The notes beneath the pieces are model-generated. The model had not been told where the DNA came from. It was given only the letters and a program-made list of their open reading frames with translations, and did no database searches. A DNA stretch of 64,000 nt from Dudresnaya verticillata (Eukaryota), in NCBI GenBank assembly GCA_977862235.1, contig OZ374560.1, forward strand, positions 310,001 through 374,000, given 5' to 3'. Both the position numbers and the translations under genes were made by a program. This document shows positions 13,922-26,200 of this stretch, piece by piece (position 1 is the stretch's first letter; each line of letters begins with the position of its first letter).

Positions 13922-14495
13922 TGTAGAGAGCCGTTGCCAAGTGGCACTACAGCCTTGAACCGTTGCCAAGTGGCACTACAGCCTTGAACCGTTGCCAAGT
14001 GGCACTACAGGCTTGAACCGTTGCCAAGTGGCACTACAGGCTTGAACCGTTGCCAAGTCGCACTACAGGCTTACTAGCTTGAAGCTTTTGTTATTCAATT
14101 TAGAATTGTCAGCTCTACTCTAATCCAAGAAGATGTTCCGTTGCAGGAACAACTTCTTCCGTTGAAGACGTAACATCTTCAAGCCTGTCCCCGGAGATAG
14201 ATATTTTGAACTACTATGTCCCCGGGGTAGTTGTTCTGAGGGCATGGCGGTTTGGGATACTGTAGAAGATACCGTTTACGAATAGAACAGCTACTTTATC
14301 CATACCGTTTAGAATCAGCAGTAGTGCTGTTCTTTATCAAACGCATAGAGTAGGCTCGGAGCTTTGGAGCAAGCGGTTCCGTAATAGAATATAAAAGCTC
14401 CGCCCTTTTCTCTGTCGAGGAATAAAAGGGCAGAGGTCTTCGCATTGCAGCGCAAACAGGACAGCACCCAACAAGTCAAGGAGGAAGTGTTTATA
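13922..14495 (+). repeat. 5' LTR of B2 (574 bp)
   Basis: Matches 19515-20002 apart from about 7 substitutions, 1 indel and three extra 29-bp units. Confidence 0.92.
13928..14072 (+). repeat. 29-bp tandem repeat, 5 copies (2 copies in the 3' LTR)
   Basis: Unit gaaccgttgccaagtggcactacagSctt. Confidence 0.95.
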
Positions 14496-14749
14496 GAAAT
14501 TTCTATTCCCTGCAGGAGACGCAATTTCCTTTACTATTGCTGTTGTCAAGTTTTCTGCCTGTCAGGTTGTCTACTCGTCAAGTTTTTCCACCTGTCAAGC
14601 GTTGTACCCGTTAGGTGCTACTATCGTTCAAGAGTGCTACTTGTCAAGTATTTCTATAAGTGGATTGTTTTGTAATCTATTGGAACCTGTGTACCTACGA
14701 AGCAATTGTACTACCTCTCAGTCGCCTTGGTGATTTTTGAAATAGCATC

Positions 14750-16252
14750 ATGCCACCGGTCACTCGTTCTGGAATTGAGAGCAGGCCAGGTCGCTCGGAT
14801 TTTGGCACATCCAGTGCGCTGTTCGCACCCGTACAGCATCCTGTACTAAGAAGTGTCGACCCGCTGAAAGTTTGCGCGTTCTTACGGGAGCGGGAAAGAT
14901 ATGTAGATGAAGTCGAGGAGAAGAGCAAAGAAGCCCCAGGAATGAGCGTTGCTTCATTCAAGGTTTCTGTGGATAGGAGTTTGCTAATGACGATGCATAG
15001 CCTCGGTAGAATGGATTCTACTGCTAGTTCTGTCGCGTTTGAAGATCTCACGTCCGAGCAAATCGAAGAATGGGTGAGGAGCATAGTGTGCAAAGCTAAT
15101 GCCAAGGAAGTCAACCCTACCATAATCCAGGACGCTCTGAAAGGCATAAGAATGCCTATGAACATTTCAGATCGAGAGGCGCAAATACTGGAATATTTCC
15201 ATGATGTTTTTGAAAGACTGAATGGAGTTGGCTATTCTTCTTTCAGGGAGCGCAATCCTGAGAAGACAGCGAAACTAATACAAGAAAATGTCTACCCCCT
15301 TCATCTGAAAGCAGCTATGGCGGAGCACCTTGAATTTCAAGCTGGACTAAAGAAAAAGGTCAATGATTACGTATCTGTACTTTGCAAAGAGGCCGTCATT
15401 CAGGACAAGATCAGACCTACCAGGACGCGTGTTGAAAAGGATGACAAGGGAACAAAGAAGGCAAGTTCGTCCAGATCAAAAAATGGCAAGCCGCAGACGG
15501 ATGGACGTAAGTCAGCTGGAGCTTCTAAGTCTGGAAAAGGACCACAGAATCGTCGCGAACTTCTATGCTTGAATGAAGATTGCAAGCGAAAGGGCATCAA
15601 GCACCCAGGCGGTGTTCGGCATTGCCCTAAGACGAGCACCGAGGAAGCAAACAAACTAATACAGTCCTTCATAGACGAAAGGGAAAGCAAGAAGGCTAAA
15701 CGTTGTGCGGATACTCAGTCTGACACACATAAGCAGTCAGAGGATAACAATTCTACACTCATGGGTGTAGTGTTCGCTGGATTGGTTTCGACTAGATTGT
15801 GTGCAGACGGGGGTTCTGACATCAATTTAATGCCACAAAATATATTCAAAGAGTTGTTGCAACGACGTGCACCCATGAAGGTCAAAAAGTTCGACCGTGC
15901 CCGTAAGTTCGGTCTTGCTGCTGCCGAAATGCATGTCGCATGTGACAGGGAAGTCACACTAAATATTGAACTACGAATCCGCAATGGGAAAGCGTTACTG
16001 ATTCGAAACTTAAAATGGCTCGTGGCTGTAGACACAGTTGACGAACCACTACTCGGTCGTCCTATCCAAGAAGGGCTTGGATTAAATACGAGGAAGATTC
16101 TTGAAGCCTCATGCGACACATATCAAGGCGAGGTTGATGCTGGTTTGGTGATGGAGGATGAGTACCAGGAGGGATCTATAGCCCGCATTTTGTCGTCTGG
16201 TCTTTTCCGTCACTCCCTGGTCGGACTGATTTTTCATCCCTGGTCGGAATGA
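14750..16252 (+). CDS. gag: B2 Gag-protease (500 aa; frame ended by the fold-back insertion)
   Basis: Open 500-codon frame; CLNEDC..H..HC Cys/His cluster; LCADGGSDINL protease site. Confidence 0.8.
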   Translation: MPPVTRSGIESRPGRSDFGTSSALFAPVQHPVLRSVDPLKVCAFLRERERYVDEVEEKSKEAPGMSVASFKVSVDRSLLMTMHSLGRMDSTASSVAFEDLTSEQIEEWVRSIVCKANAKEVNPTIIQDALKGIRMPMNISDREAQILEYFHDVFERLNGVGYSSFRERNPEKTAKLIQENVYPLHLKAAMAEHLEFQAGLKKKVNDYVSVLCKEAVIQDKIRPTRTRVEKDDKGTKKASSSRSKNGKPQTDGRKSAGASKSGKGPQNRRELLCLNEDCKRKGIKHPGGVRHCPKTSTEEANKLIQSFIDERESKKAKRCADTQSDTHKQSEDNNSTLMGVVFAGLVSTRLCADGGSDINLMPQNIFKELLQRRAPMKVKKFDRARKFGLAAAEMHVACDREVTLNIELRIRNGKALLIRNLKWLVAVDTVDEPLLGRPIQEGLGLNTRKILEASCDTYQGEVDAGLVMEDEYQEGSIARILSSGLFRHSLVGLIFHPWSE

Positions 16253-19200
16253 TTTTTCATTCCGACCAGGGAGTGACGGGGGAGGTGCCCGATAGTATTT
16301 CCGAACAACGCACTGAGCTTGGAGAAGACTCACCCACAGAGTTGAAAACTGCATTTAACAAGACGTTGGACACTGCTTCTGACAATGGTTTGAGCGCAAC
16401 TGGAAAGTTGAAATTGGAAAAGCTGCTGGCAGCATATACGGATGTTTTCCGTGTGCGCCTTGGTCCGGGTCCCCCAGCAAAAGTAGAACCAATGCGGATC
16501 AACATCAAGCCAGGTTCTGTAGCCTACATCACGAAGGCGCAGCGCTATTCTGCTGAACAGCGTGACTACATGAAGCGATTTGTCGGAAAGCTTTTAGAAT
16601 ACGGCATGGCCATCCCGAACCCAAATGCTGAGTGGGCATCCCCACCGCTACTAGTGCAAAAGCCTGGTACTAAAACGTACAGGCTAACTTTCGACCTTCG
16701 CATGGCCAATCAGTGTACTCAACCAATGGCCTAGCCAATCCCACATTTACAATCGGAGCTGTTGGACTTCGCAGATAGCTCTTGCTTTGCGAGTATAGAT
16801 TTCTGTGCAGGTTACTGGCAGATGCCTCTACATTCCGAGAGCCAGCATTACCACAGTTTTCTAACACCTTCTGGTGTTTTCCAGCCTACAAGAACACTAC
16901 AAGGAGGCATGAACGCAGTACAGAACTTCCAGCCCCGAATGGAGCCATGTTTTCAATCTATTCGTGGTGCAGTCAAGGCTTGGCTAGACGATTTTGCAGT
17001 GCATGCCAAGGATGAAGGAGACCTTTTATCCTATCTGGAAAGTTTCTTCGCCATCTGTAGGGAAAATAACCTGAAAATTTCTGCAAAGAAGTCTGTACTT
17101 CTCAGCACTTCCTTGGAATGGTGTGGGTATGTGGTCGACAAGGGTGGGGTCACTTGTGACCCAAGACGTTTGAGTGGACTCAAGAATGCGTCTGCTCCAG
17201 AGAACGGCGCCGAGTTGTCATAATTTGTGAACTGTTTACAATGGATGTCGCAATATATTCCCGACTTTACTGCTCGTGTGGCACCACTACGCGCAGTTCT
17301 TGAAGAAGCTTATACAAAATCGGGAAAGCGTACTTCACGGTCCATACAGGGCATACGACTTTGCAAATTGTCTTGGGGCCAAAAGCACGCTGAAGCCTTT
17401 AACGACCATCAAGAACAGCTTCGAAATGCGGTGAGACTCGCGCATAGGGATCAGGAAAGGACTCTTTGCGTCTACAAGGACGCATCTGATGAACACTGGG
17501 CGGCGGTAGTTACACAGTGCGATCCATCCTTAGAGAAGCCAATAAAAGAGCAGATGCATCAACGTTTGGCTTTCCTTGGGTCCGCATTTATTGAAACACA
17601 GCAGCATTGGACAACCTTGATCGCGAGGCATATGCTGTGTATCAAGTTTTCGAGAAGATGGATTACATGTTCTCCTGCAAAGCAAATATTCATCTGTTCA
17701 CGGACCACAGGAATCTTCTTTCTGTATACAACCCTGTTGCATTACGACCAAGCCTTGGAAGGCATATCATCAACAAGTTTCAGCACTGGGCACTGTACCT
17801 TTCTAGGTTTATGTATACAATCGAACACGTCGAGGGCAGCCGCAACATTACTGCCGACATGATGACACGATGGTTTGCTGGCTATCGAGGCAAACATAAC
17901 CTTGCTAGACGTGTCACTCGTGGTATAGAGGCCCAGGACCTTGTTCAGTCTCCATATAAGAACACGTTTGAATGGCCGTCCCCCGAAATGTTACTGAAGG
18001 CACCGCAGTCCGCAGATAATGTTCCTACACGATTGAAGAAAGGAAAGGATAGTTTACTACGAGATAACACACGCATTTGGATACCTGATAATAATTTGGA
18101 CTTGCAAATGAAGTTGTTAGTAATATCGCATTGTGGGGCAGGTGGACATAGAGGTGCGGAATCGACCTGGAGTACACTTAAGGAGCTGTACCAATGGAAC
18201 AGTATGGAGGCCGATGTGAATGAGTTTGTATCAAATTGTTTGCACTGTATCATTGAGAAAAGTGGAAACCGCATTCCACGTCCAATATCTATTACCCTTC
18301 ACGGCACGAAGCCTAACGAAGTTGTTCACTTCGATTTCATATTTATGGGGATTGGCACAGATGGTTTGAAATACTGCCTCATCATCCGAGACGACCTTTC
18401 GTCATACTTATGGATATGTCCAAGTATGGCCGCGGATGCAGAAACAGTGTCGAAAGAACTTTCAAGATGGACACGATTATTTACGGCAATGAAATACTGG
18501 GTATCGGACCAGGGGTCGCATTTTAAAAATCAAGTTATGGAAAATTTGGCTAAGATCTACAAAGTTGAGCACCGGTTCACAGTTGCGTATTCTCCTTGGG
18601 TTAATGGTACGATTGAAGTTTGTATGCGGCATATTAAGGCCACTTCCACGCCGTTACTCTCAGAACTCAAGCTTGGGCCACAAGATTGGCCACTGGTTAT
18701 TGATACCGTGATGACAGCGCTCAATGAGGCTCCACACCGGCGCCTAGGTAAGCGTATGGATGGGACGTACAGAACACCCCTCGAAGTCATGACCGGAATA
18801 CTACCCAATCGCATCAACTTTGTGGTGCGGCAGCAAGAAGAGACAGAACCAGTCCCGATAAGTCAAGTCCGCGTGCATCAACTCATTAACATCAATAAGT
18901 TGCAGAATGATTTAGAAGACATACACAGCGACGTGGCTAATAATGTCTCCAATAATAGGCAGAGGCAGATAGGGTATCACAACCAGAAGACAAACCTGGT
19001 TACGCCTAGCTTCACAATTGGCGATTTTGTTCTAGTGCGCAGAGCGCAGAATAAGGGACACAAAATGATGTTTCGAGGGGTGGGTCCGCGCCGTATTTGA
19101 AGGAATATTGGTGACATGGTTTATGAAGTAACCGGGCTCATGGATAACAAGACTGAAATTGTTCACGCCGCTAGGCTACTACTCTACAAAGCCAGCTTGG

Positions 19201-19477
19201 ATGGCGCTCCTGTTTCTAAAAATCTGATGAAGCAAGCCGAACATATCGAGACTAAGTTTGAGATGGTCGAGAAATTGCTGGATATCGGCGAGGCGTCCGA
19301 CGGAATTTTCTTTCAAGTGCAGTGGTTGGGCAGCCTGATGCTACTGACTGGACGTGGCAGTCGCTGCAGCAAATGTATCAAGACATTCCGCAACGCGTAG
19401 AAAGCTTCCTACGAAAAACACGTAAGAAGCGTCTTGCAAAAAAGGCACTCAAAGCACTTGGCATTAAGGAGAAGTAA
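16249..19477 (+). pseudogene. pol: B2 pol (RT, RNase H, integrase, chromodomain-like), disrupted
   Basis: EWASPPLLVQKPG, SIDFCAGYWQ, AWLDDF, DASDEHW, FTDHRNL, HCGAGGHRG..CLHC, VHFDF, VSDQGSHF, NGTIE, FQVQWLG; stops at 16732 and 17221, plus frameshifts. Confidence 0.92.
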
Positions 19478-19514
19478 TACTCACTAGGACTCCGCCCTAG
19501 CAAGTATGGGGCCA

Positions 19515-20002
19515 TGTACAGAACCGTTGCCAAGTGGCACTACAGGCTTGAACCGTTGCCAAGTCGCACTACAGGCTTACTAGCTTGAAGCTTTTGTTAT
19601 TCAATTTAGAATTGTCAGCTCTACTCTAATCCAAGAAGATGTTCCGTTGCAGGAACAACTTCTTCCGTTGAAGACGTAACATCTTCAAGCCTGTCCCCGG
19701 AGATAGATGTTTTGAACTACCATGTCCCCGGGGGTAGTTGTTCTGAGGGCATGGCGGTTTGGGCTACTGTAGAAGATACCGTTTACGAATAGAACAGCTA
19801 CTTTGTCCATACCGTTTAGAATCAGCAGTAGTGCTGTTCTTTATCAAACGCATAGAGTAGGCTCGGAGCTTTGGAGCAAGCGGCTCCGTAATAGAATATA
19901 AAAGCTCCGCCCTTTTCTCTGTCGAGGAATAAAAGGGCAGAGGTCTTCGCATTGCAGCGCAAACAGGACAGCACCCAACAAGTCAAGGAGGAAGTGTTTA
20001 TA
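19515..20002 (+). repeat. 3' LTR of B2 (488 bp)
   Basis: Preceded by aagtatggggcca; direct repeat of the 5' LTR. Confidence 0.92.
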
Positions 20003-20065
20003 GGAGGCACTTCGAAATTCGTATTTGTCGCTTCTCTTTCACGTAGACCACGGAGTCTATTTACA

Positions 20066-21615
20066 AACAGCGCTTATAAGACACTAATTACGACTCCGGA
20101 TGAGTTCTTATGGAAGGACTTGGGCTGTATCCAGAAGTCTCAGTCGTTTCCGACAAATCTGCCCAAGGCGTTAGTGTGGGACAAGAATAACCAGCTCTGG
20201 AAGAAAAAGGGGCGCATTTGGGTACAGCTAGAAGGCAAGGAGTAGCATATCAAGATACTTGTTGTATCACAATGTGGGACCATTGGACACCATGGCAGAG
20301 CTGCCACCTATAGTGTACTAGCAGAGTCGTTCTGGTGGTCCACGATTGAAAAGGACGTTGAGACAATCGTGGGCAGGTGCCTTCACTGCAAAGTGCCAAG
20401 GAGTGACGGCGTTATTCCCAGGCCACTTACCACTTCTCTGCATGGCTCTATGCCGAACGATAGGCTCCACTTTGACTATCTGTTTATGGGACCCGGGCGG
20501 GACAGTAAGAAGTACATTCTGATCCTGCGTGAAGATATTTTTCGTATGTTTGGTTATGGGCAACCGAAGCATGTACCAACGAGGCCCCCGCCGACCACTT
20601 TGTAATTGGCTTGGTGCTTTCGGAAGCATTTCATGGCTCGTGACAGACCAGGGATTGCACCTCAAGAACGAAATAACTTGTCGAACTCACCAAGGAGATG
20701 AGGGTGCACCATCATATCACCGGCATATTCGCCCTGGGCCAACGGCTCCGTTGAGAGGATATGTAAGGAAGTGATCACGGCGTGCAAAGCACTACTTAGC
20801 GATTGGAGACTTGGACTGCAAGACTGGAACGCTGTGACCGAGTGTGTGCAGAGTGTGTTGAACCATGCCCCGCTTCAAAGACTCGGATTGCGCAACCCCA
20901 ATTTGAAAACGGTCTACCATACTCCTTTGGAGGTCTTCATAGGCCATCTGCGAGTGCGTCCGCTCATGCTTGCTTTGCCGAATACTGCTTATGATAAGGC
21001 TTGGGCAATAAATGAGGTGACCGCGCGACAACTGATCAACTTAGACCCCACTCAAGAAGCCCTTTTTGAGATGCACCGTGAGGTAGAAGGACTAACTACC
21101 GCGTCTTGAAAGAGACAAATCGAGAACCACAACAAGCGTACGAACGTCCACCAAGCTGGCTTCAGCGTTGGAGATTTTGTTCTCGTACCTCGCGCCGTGC
21201 GCGGGAAGCACAAGATGCCGTTCTTGTGGTGCGGACCGCCTAGTATCACTGCGGTGAAATATGAGTGTTTTTACGAAATGCCGGACTTAATCAAGGACAA
21301 GCGCGAGGTTGTGTACGCAAGACGTCTGCACATTTGCGGGGTAGATATGGACGCGAAGACGGTCCTGTCGGAGCTGCTGCAAGCTGCCGGGCGTTCCGAA
21401 CGACGCTACCAAACGACTAAGGCCTTGCGCGGCTTTCGAGACAGCGACGGAGGTTTTAAGGTGCAAATGGAACGGGAAGGTCTACCAGACTCCTGTGACT
21501 TCACCTGGGAACCAGCAGAGCAATTGTTCGGAGACCTACCTGGGCTGCTTGAGTACTTCCTCCATACTGCGGGGGATAGAACTCTGAACCGCCGGGCTCT
21601 CGAGCAGTGCTCCCT
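20066..21615 (+). pseudogene. pol: Integrase and chromodomain-like relic of B1
   Basis: GHHGR..CLHC, LHFDYL, VTDQGLH, WCGP, FTWEPAEQL. Confidence 0.85.
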
Positions 21616-21668
21616 TAAAATTGAGTTATGCCTCACCACTTACCGTGGTGCGGTAATCCATGGGGCCC

Positions 21669-22090
21669 TATTGCACGGAGCACTGCGGTTGCGAGCAGTG
21701 CGTCGGAAGCGACCGCGGTCCTGCGGTTCCGCAAGCCGTCGGCGATCACGCGATGGCACACGTATGTTGGTTCGCGGCCTGGAACTGTCTGTTGTCAGAG
21801 AAAAGGATTTCTACAGATGACTGTCAAGTTCGCTGGCACATCTGCAGCTCCGAGCTGTAAGCCGAGCCGGCTGTAAGTTGTTCTCCGGCTGGAAGCTGGT
21901 AGGAGCAGATTTGCTCGATAAAGAGTAGTTCCATAAAGACCGAAGCCCTTCGAAGCAGACCCCACGTGGGGTGGAGAGGATCACCCAAGATGTGTTGCCA
22001 ACCGATTCCCTCCTGCCTGCCCGCGGCCGCTTCCTTTCCCAGTTGTACAGTTTCCCTTCGCAACGCTGCGCTCCCCGAGTTGCCACAGCA
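21669..22090 (+). repeat. 3' LTR of B1
   Basis: Follows catggggccc; homologous to 8816-9220; ends CA. Confidence 0.75.
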
Positions 22091-22095
22091 TTCAT

Positions 22096-23136
22096 AAGTC
22101 ATTTATGGAAGCTTACACTGGCGAAAAGGCATGATCATTGTCTGATGCGGCCTTAGCACGCTGTTCTATGCATTTAGGAATATGATAATATGTTATAGAG
22201 TCCAAGTCCTCAGCTGTCATCCACGCTGCTAACAAGAACACCTCGAGGACGGGTCGTTCAAAGAGTTGCGAGACGAGGCCAGTAGAGCGTTAAAACCTGC
22301 TTCCAAGTTCTTCTCCGCCACGCCTTTCCGTAGCGTTGGCTTTATTACTGAACGCGACGAAGGCGGAAGCACTCACGGCCTTCAGAATGGGTGCTTCCGA
22401 TGTTTCCACGATAGTCTGGTTGATTGTGTCTTCTCAAACAGCCTGGGTTTCGGAGCCATTGCGCGTTTTACTAGCAGAACGTTGGCCCGAAAAGTGATTT
22501 CTGTGGCGATCTGCGGGTCACGGCACTCGTCTATGAAAGTACGGGCTACACACTCTGCGACGGTGTTTTCCCTCGAAAGCGTTGCCTCTTCTTTGTAGTT
22601 GACTGAAAAGCAGATGGCCGGCCGGCCGACGGCCCATGCCAGGGAAGTTGGCATGACGCAAGTGCTGTAGCCAGCGGTGTGATCCACATGCGCTCGGGGG
22701 CAGATAGTCTTTCCATAATATCTTTGTCGTCCATAGCCGGTCGAGACCCGCGCGCGGCGTGAGAGTGATATACAATCACCGCTCTGCAGGCACGGCGCGC
22801 AGGGTCGCGGAACGCGGAGGGAGGGGCGCGAGGGGGGATTGAGCGGAGCGAGTGGGTCAAAGAGGTGGGCGAGGTTTATCAAAGCAAGGGAAGAGGGCTA
22901 CGGCAGACCACCGCGGCTGACGCAACGGACGTTCTCGTCAGCGCTGCTTACTCGTCTACTTCGATCGTTCCGAGAGGAACAGGGGGGTCTGCAATGGTTA
23001 GCAGGGCTTGAAGTAGCCCAGCCAGTTGCAGCCGCGCGTGCTCGTCGCGCGCGGACGGCGCGGTTGTTGTCGACGGCGGGAGCACTGTAAGTTATCTTGC
23101 ATTGCGACTCTGCGACACCGATGGGTCCAAATCGAC
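22096..23136 (-). repeat. Unidentified repeat family X, copy 1 (probably continues at about 8540-8810 across B1)
   Basis: 22862-23136 matches 30202-30220 joined to 43999-44250; FRDPARRACRAVI resembles FRDPAQRARKAVI at about 30180. Confidence 0.65.
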
Positions 23137-23277
23137 ACTCCCCTGTCTCAGAACGGTGGTCGGAAATGCCCACTCATCTAATGTTCATTAAATTAGGCGG
23201 GAAGGTGTTTCGGGCGGAGGGCGGCAATTTCGGGGCCGGAGTTCGTGCGCCAAAATCGTCGAGTAGAAATTTCCCAC

Positions 23278-26200
23278 TGTGATAATCATCAGGCGGGCAC
23301 ATAAGCGCAAAACCGGGTGTGCCTTGCTTCCCCTACCCTGCTCTGGCCACGGACCAACCTGACCGCGCAGTACCCCAGGGCGTCCCGGTTCTCTTGTGGA
23401 CTCGTTTTCACTCAAATGGTAGCTTGCTAACACTCCTTCTTGCCGATTGACCCACGCGGCGGGCTACAAGACAACTATGTTGTGCCGGTCCGCAGCTTCG
23501 CGCTGAACCTTGCCGGGGGAACCCCAATGGGAGAGGTCGAATTACTTTATGTGATCCAAACGTCGTGTGGGTCGGGGCCCAAAAGGCCTCGTGCCGGGTT
23601 CCAGTTTCAATTTGAGGGGCTTCAACCATCTTGGACTCTTGGCGTGTCTGCAACGTCTTCTTCTTGTTCGTGGGTATGCGAAACAAGGCGAGACTTGCTA
23701 ATATGCCACAGAATACTGCCAGTTTCTTTCTTCTTTGCGCGAAAGGTAATGCGGTCATCGTGCGGCTCTGTCTACTTGCGAACGATCCACTGCTCCGACT
23801 GGAGGTTCAGCAAACCGGAAGCAACAACTTCTCTGAACTGTGATTGGCACATCATCTTAGTCAGGCCATCAGCTATATTCTAACTACTTCGGACAAACCC
23901 GATGTCCGCGATCGTATTGTCGCGGAATCCTTCGCGTGCTGCAGCGATGTCAAGCATCATCCGCTTCTCAGAAGTTCTCGAGCCTTTGGATATGACGTCG
24001 AAGAGACTATTGCTGTCGGTTAGAAATTGGACCTGTACAGTCTTGTTCAGAAGAAACCCAAGCTCACCGGCGGTGGCGATGGCGATATCGAAGGTGTACG
24101 AGAATGCGATAACTTCCCCTGACATTGCGGTTCGAGTAACCCGTCGCGACTTGTACGACTTGAAGCTGACTAGGACTGAAGCTCCACTGTCGTCAGTGAG
24201 AAGCACAACATGGCCAATCTGGGAACTGAGATCTCTGTTGTTGGCGAGCGAGGCATCCGAGCATCCAAACACCTTAATGGTGTCTGCTTTCAACCTTGGG
24301 ACTCGTAGGCGGACTCGATGGTCAACAGCATACGTTACAGCCTTATTGAGACGTCTGATATTGGGTTACTTGTTCTGGAAGAAGTCTGCATCTGTGACTT
24401 GTGCGAGCTGAGACACTTCGAAAAGGCAGTCAGGGCGTGAGTTAGACACCCACGCCAGCTTCATGCGCATTAACTGTAGTTCGAGAAAGGATGAATCTCG
24501 GCGCAGGCATTCCAGCTTGCGAAGGCACGCGTTCTGGTCTATTTACATCGTGCCATCCTTATCGCGGTCGATGGAAAATCCTGTGAACTCTGCTGGAAGC
24601 TTGGATTCGTCCGTCATCTCGAAACGTGCGTTGGTTTTTTGTGAGAGTTTTCGAAACTTTTCCTTTTCACAGCGGATGAGGGCATCAACATAGCACCCAC
24701 TCAAACCTTACAATATTCCTTCACTCAACAGATAGTACAGTTCGGGGTCAATGCGCATCGGCTTCATTCCCAACTCAAGGCGGCGGTGCTTCAAGAGTTG
24801 AAAACACTGGTCAGGCTCAAGTTCAAAATCTGCAGCGGGCTTGCGGATGAACACGTCTCGTGCAAATGGTTTGGAAGCTTGAAGGTAGGGTTGTCTGATA
24901 TCGGCCATCCAGATTTCAAAGCCAAAGATGTCTGTCGACGCAAGTAGCAGTCTTACTGACTGTGGTTGCAAGGTTGTCGTGGAGTGCACTATCATATCCT
25001 TCATCTTATCTCCATGGCCTCCAATGGCGTATCGGGCCTTGTAATTGATCTTTCCGTCCAGAGAGGGCTTCATCGCAAGTACAAACCTGCCTGGAAGAAC
25101 ATTCTCGTCTCGTGGGACGTCTTTCTTGAGTATCACCTTGAACGTACCGCGTTGTATGAGGTGCGGAGTTCTACCTCCTTGGCTTCAGTCATCTCGCAGT
25201 GCTTGGTTCGTTCATCGTTCGGATAAAGCACTTCCGTCATGAATATTATATCCTATGCCATCTTCGGGGGCTTGAACGGGTTCAGACTTTTGTCGATGTC
25301 TGCCATGAAGGTTTGTGCAAGACGTTTGGGGTGAAGTATAGTTTCACCCGCGTGACGCTGAAGGGCCGAGCAGGACTTCCTTCCATGTATCGGATGAACA
25401 CAAGCTTCTAGGAGTAGTCAAAGGATTCCATTTCGAAGGGTCCGAGCTCTTCTCCAATGCGGGTGGCAATGATTTTCTCGCGAAATACAATCACGCGATC
25501 ACCAGGCTCATAGCTGCGCTCGGAAGCGGGTGGGACAGCGTAATGAAGAGCTCGTTTGGCCTTGAGCTCAGCCATCCGATTCTTCATCTCCTCGTGAGCA
25601 GCTGTAGAATTAGGAGCGCGTTCAGCTACCGTGGGCCGAGGTCCGGGCTCTTCAGACACGGTGGCAATTTTTTGTAAATCCGGCAGAGACAAGAGCAGAA
25701 GGACTAAGCCTTGGGGTCCAAGGGTGTCGTTCATTGCCTTCGAAGAAGAAGCGAGAAGAATCTCCTTGCCTGCATGCGGGTAAGCATGTCGGAGCTTGCG
25801 GCATGTCGTTCGCAGCGGCTCATGATATTTCTCGCACAGTCCAAGACTGGATTGGGCTTCAATGCCGGTGCAGTTGAATTCAACATTTTTGACTTGGATG
25901 TTGGACTGAATGGCTCCTTTCGCGCAACGATGCCCTGGCTTCCAATTGGCAGCACCACAAAACCACAACGGAAGCACTCATTGCGGCGTCGAGCATGAGC
26001 GAATGTACGTGCAGCATTGTTTCGTTGCTGGCTCCGAAGTTGTGTACCGGGGTTCACACCCTTGGACCCGTGGCGCGAGAGTTTGCGCGGGTTCCGACCA
26101 TACTGAAGCATATGGGTCTGGACACTGTTGTTGTGCCGAAGGTTGTCTTCTTCAGTGAGTGCTGTGAATGTATATTGGCGCGCATCTCCACTTGTGAGCA

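Larger units (their letters stand above)
13922..20002 (+). mobile_element. Young Ty3/Gypsy element B2, full length but mutated
   Basis: Near-identical LTRs 13922-14495 and 19515-20002; 4-bp TSD GGAG (13918-13921, 20003-20006); gag-PR-RT-RH-INT-chromodomain-like order. Confidence 0.92.
13339..20065. mobile_element. Candidate solo LTR (13339-13921 plus 20007-20065) split by element B2
   Basis: TGTAAG...TTTACA termini bound non-coding sequence on both sides of the B2 TSD; no outer TSD. Confidence 0.4.
8816..22090 (+). mobile_element. Old Ty3/Gypsy element B1 with nested insertions, possibly chimeric
   Basis: Diverged LTR pair (about 8816-9220 and 21669-22090); candidate TSD tccat/ttcat; gag, PR, RT and RH relics at 9.3-13.3 kb; integrase and chromodomain-like relics at 20.07-21.6 kb. 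Confidence 0.75.

Noticed and set aside
13928..14072. CRISPR-like array of 29-bp repeats
   Set aside because: Units are head-to-tail with no spacers, lie inside an LTR, and no cas genes are present
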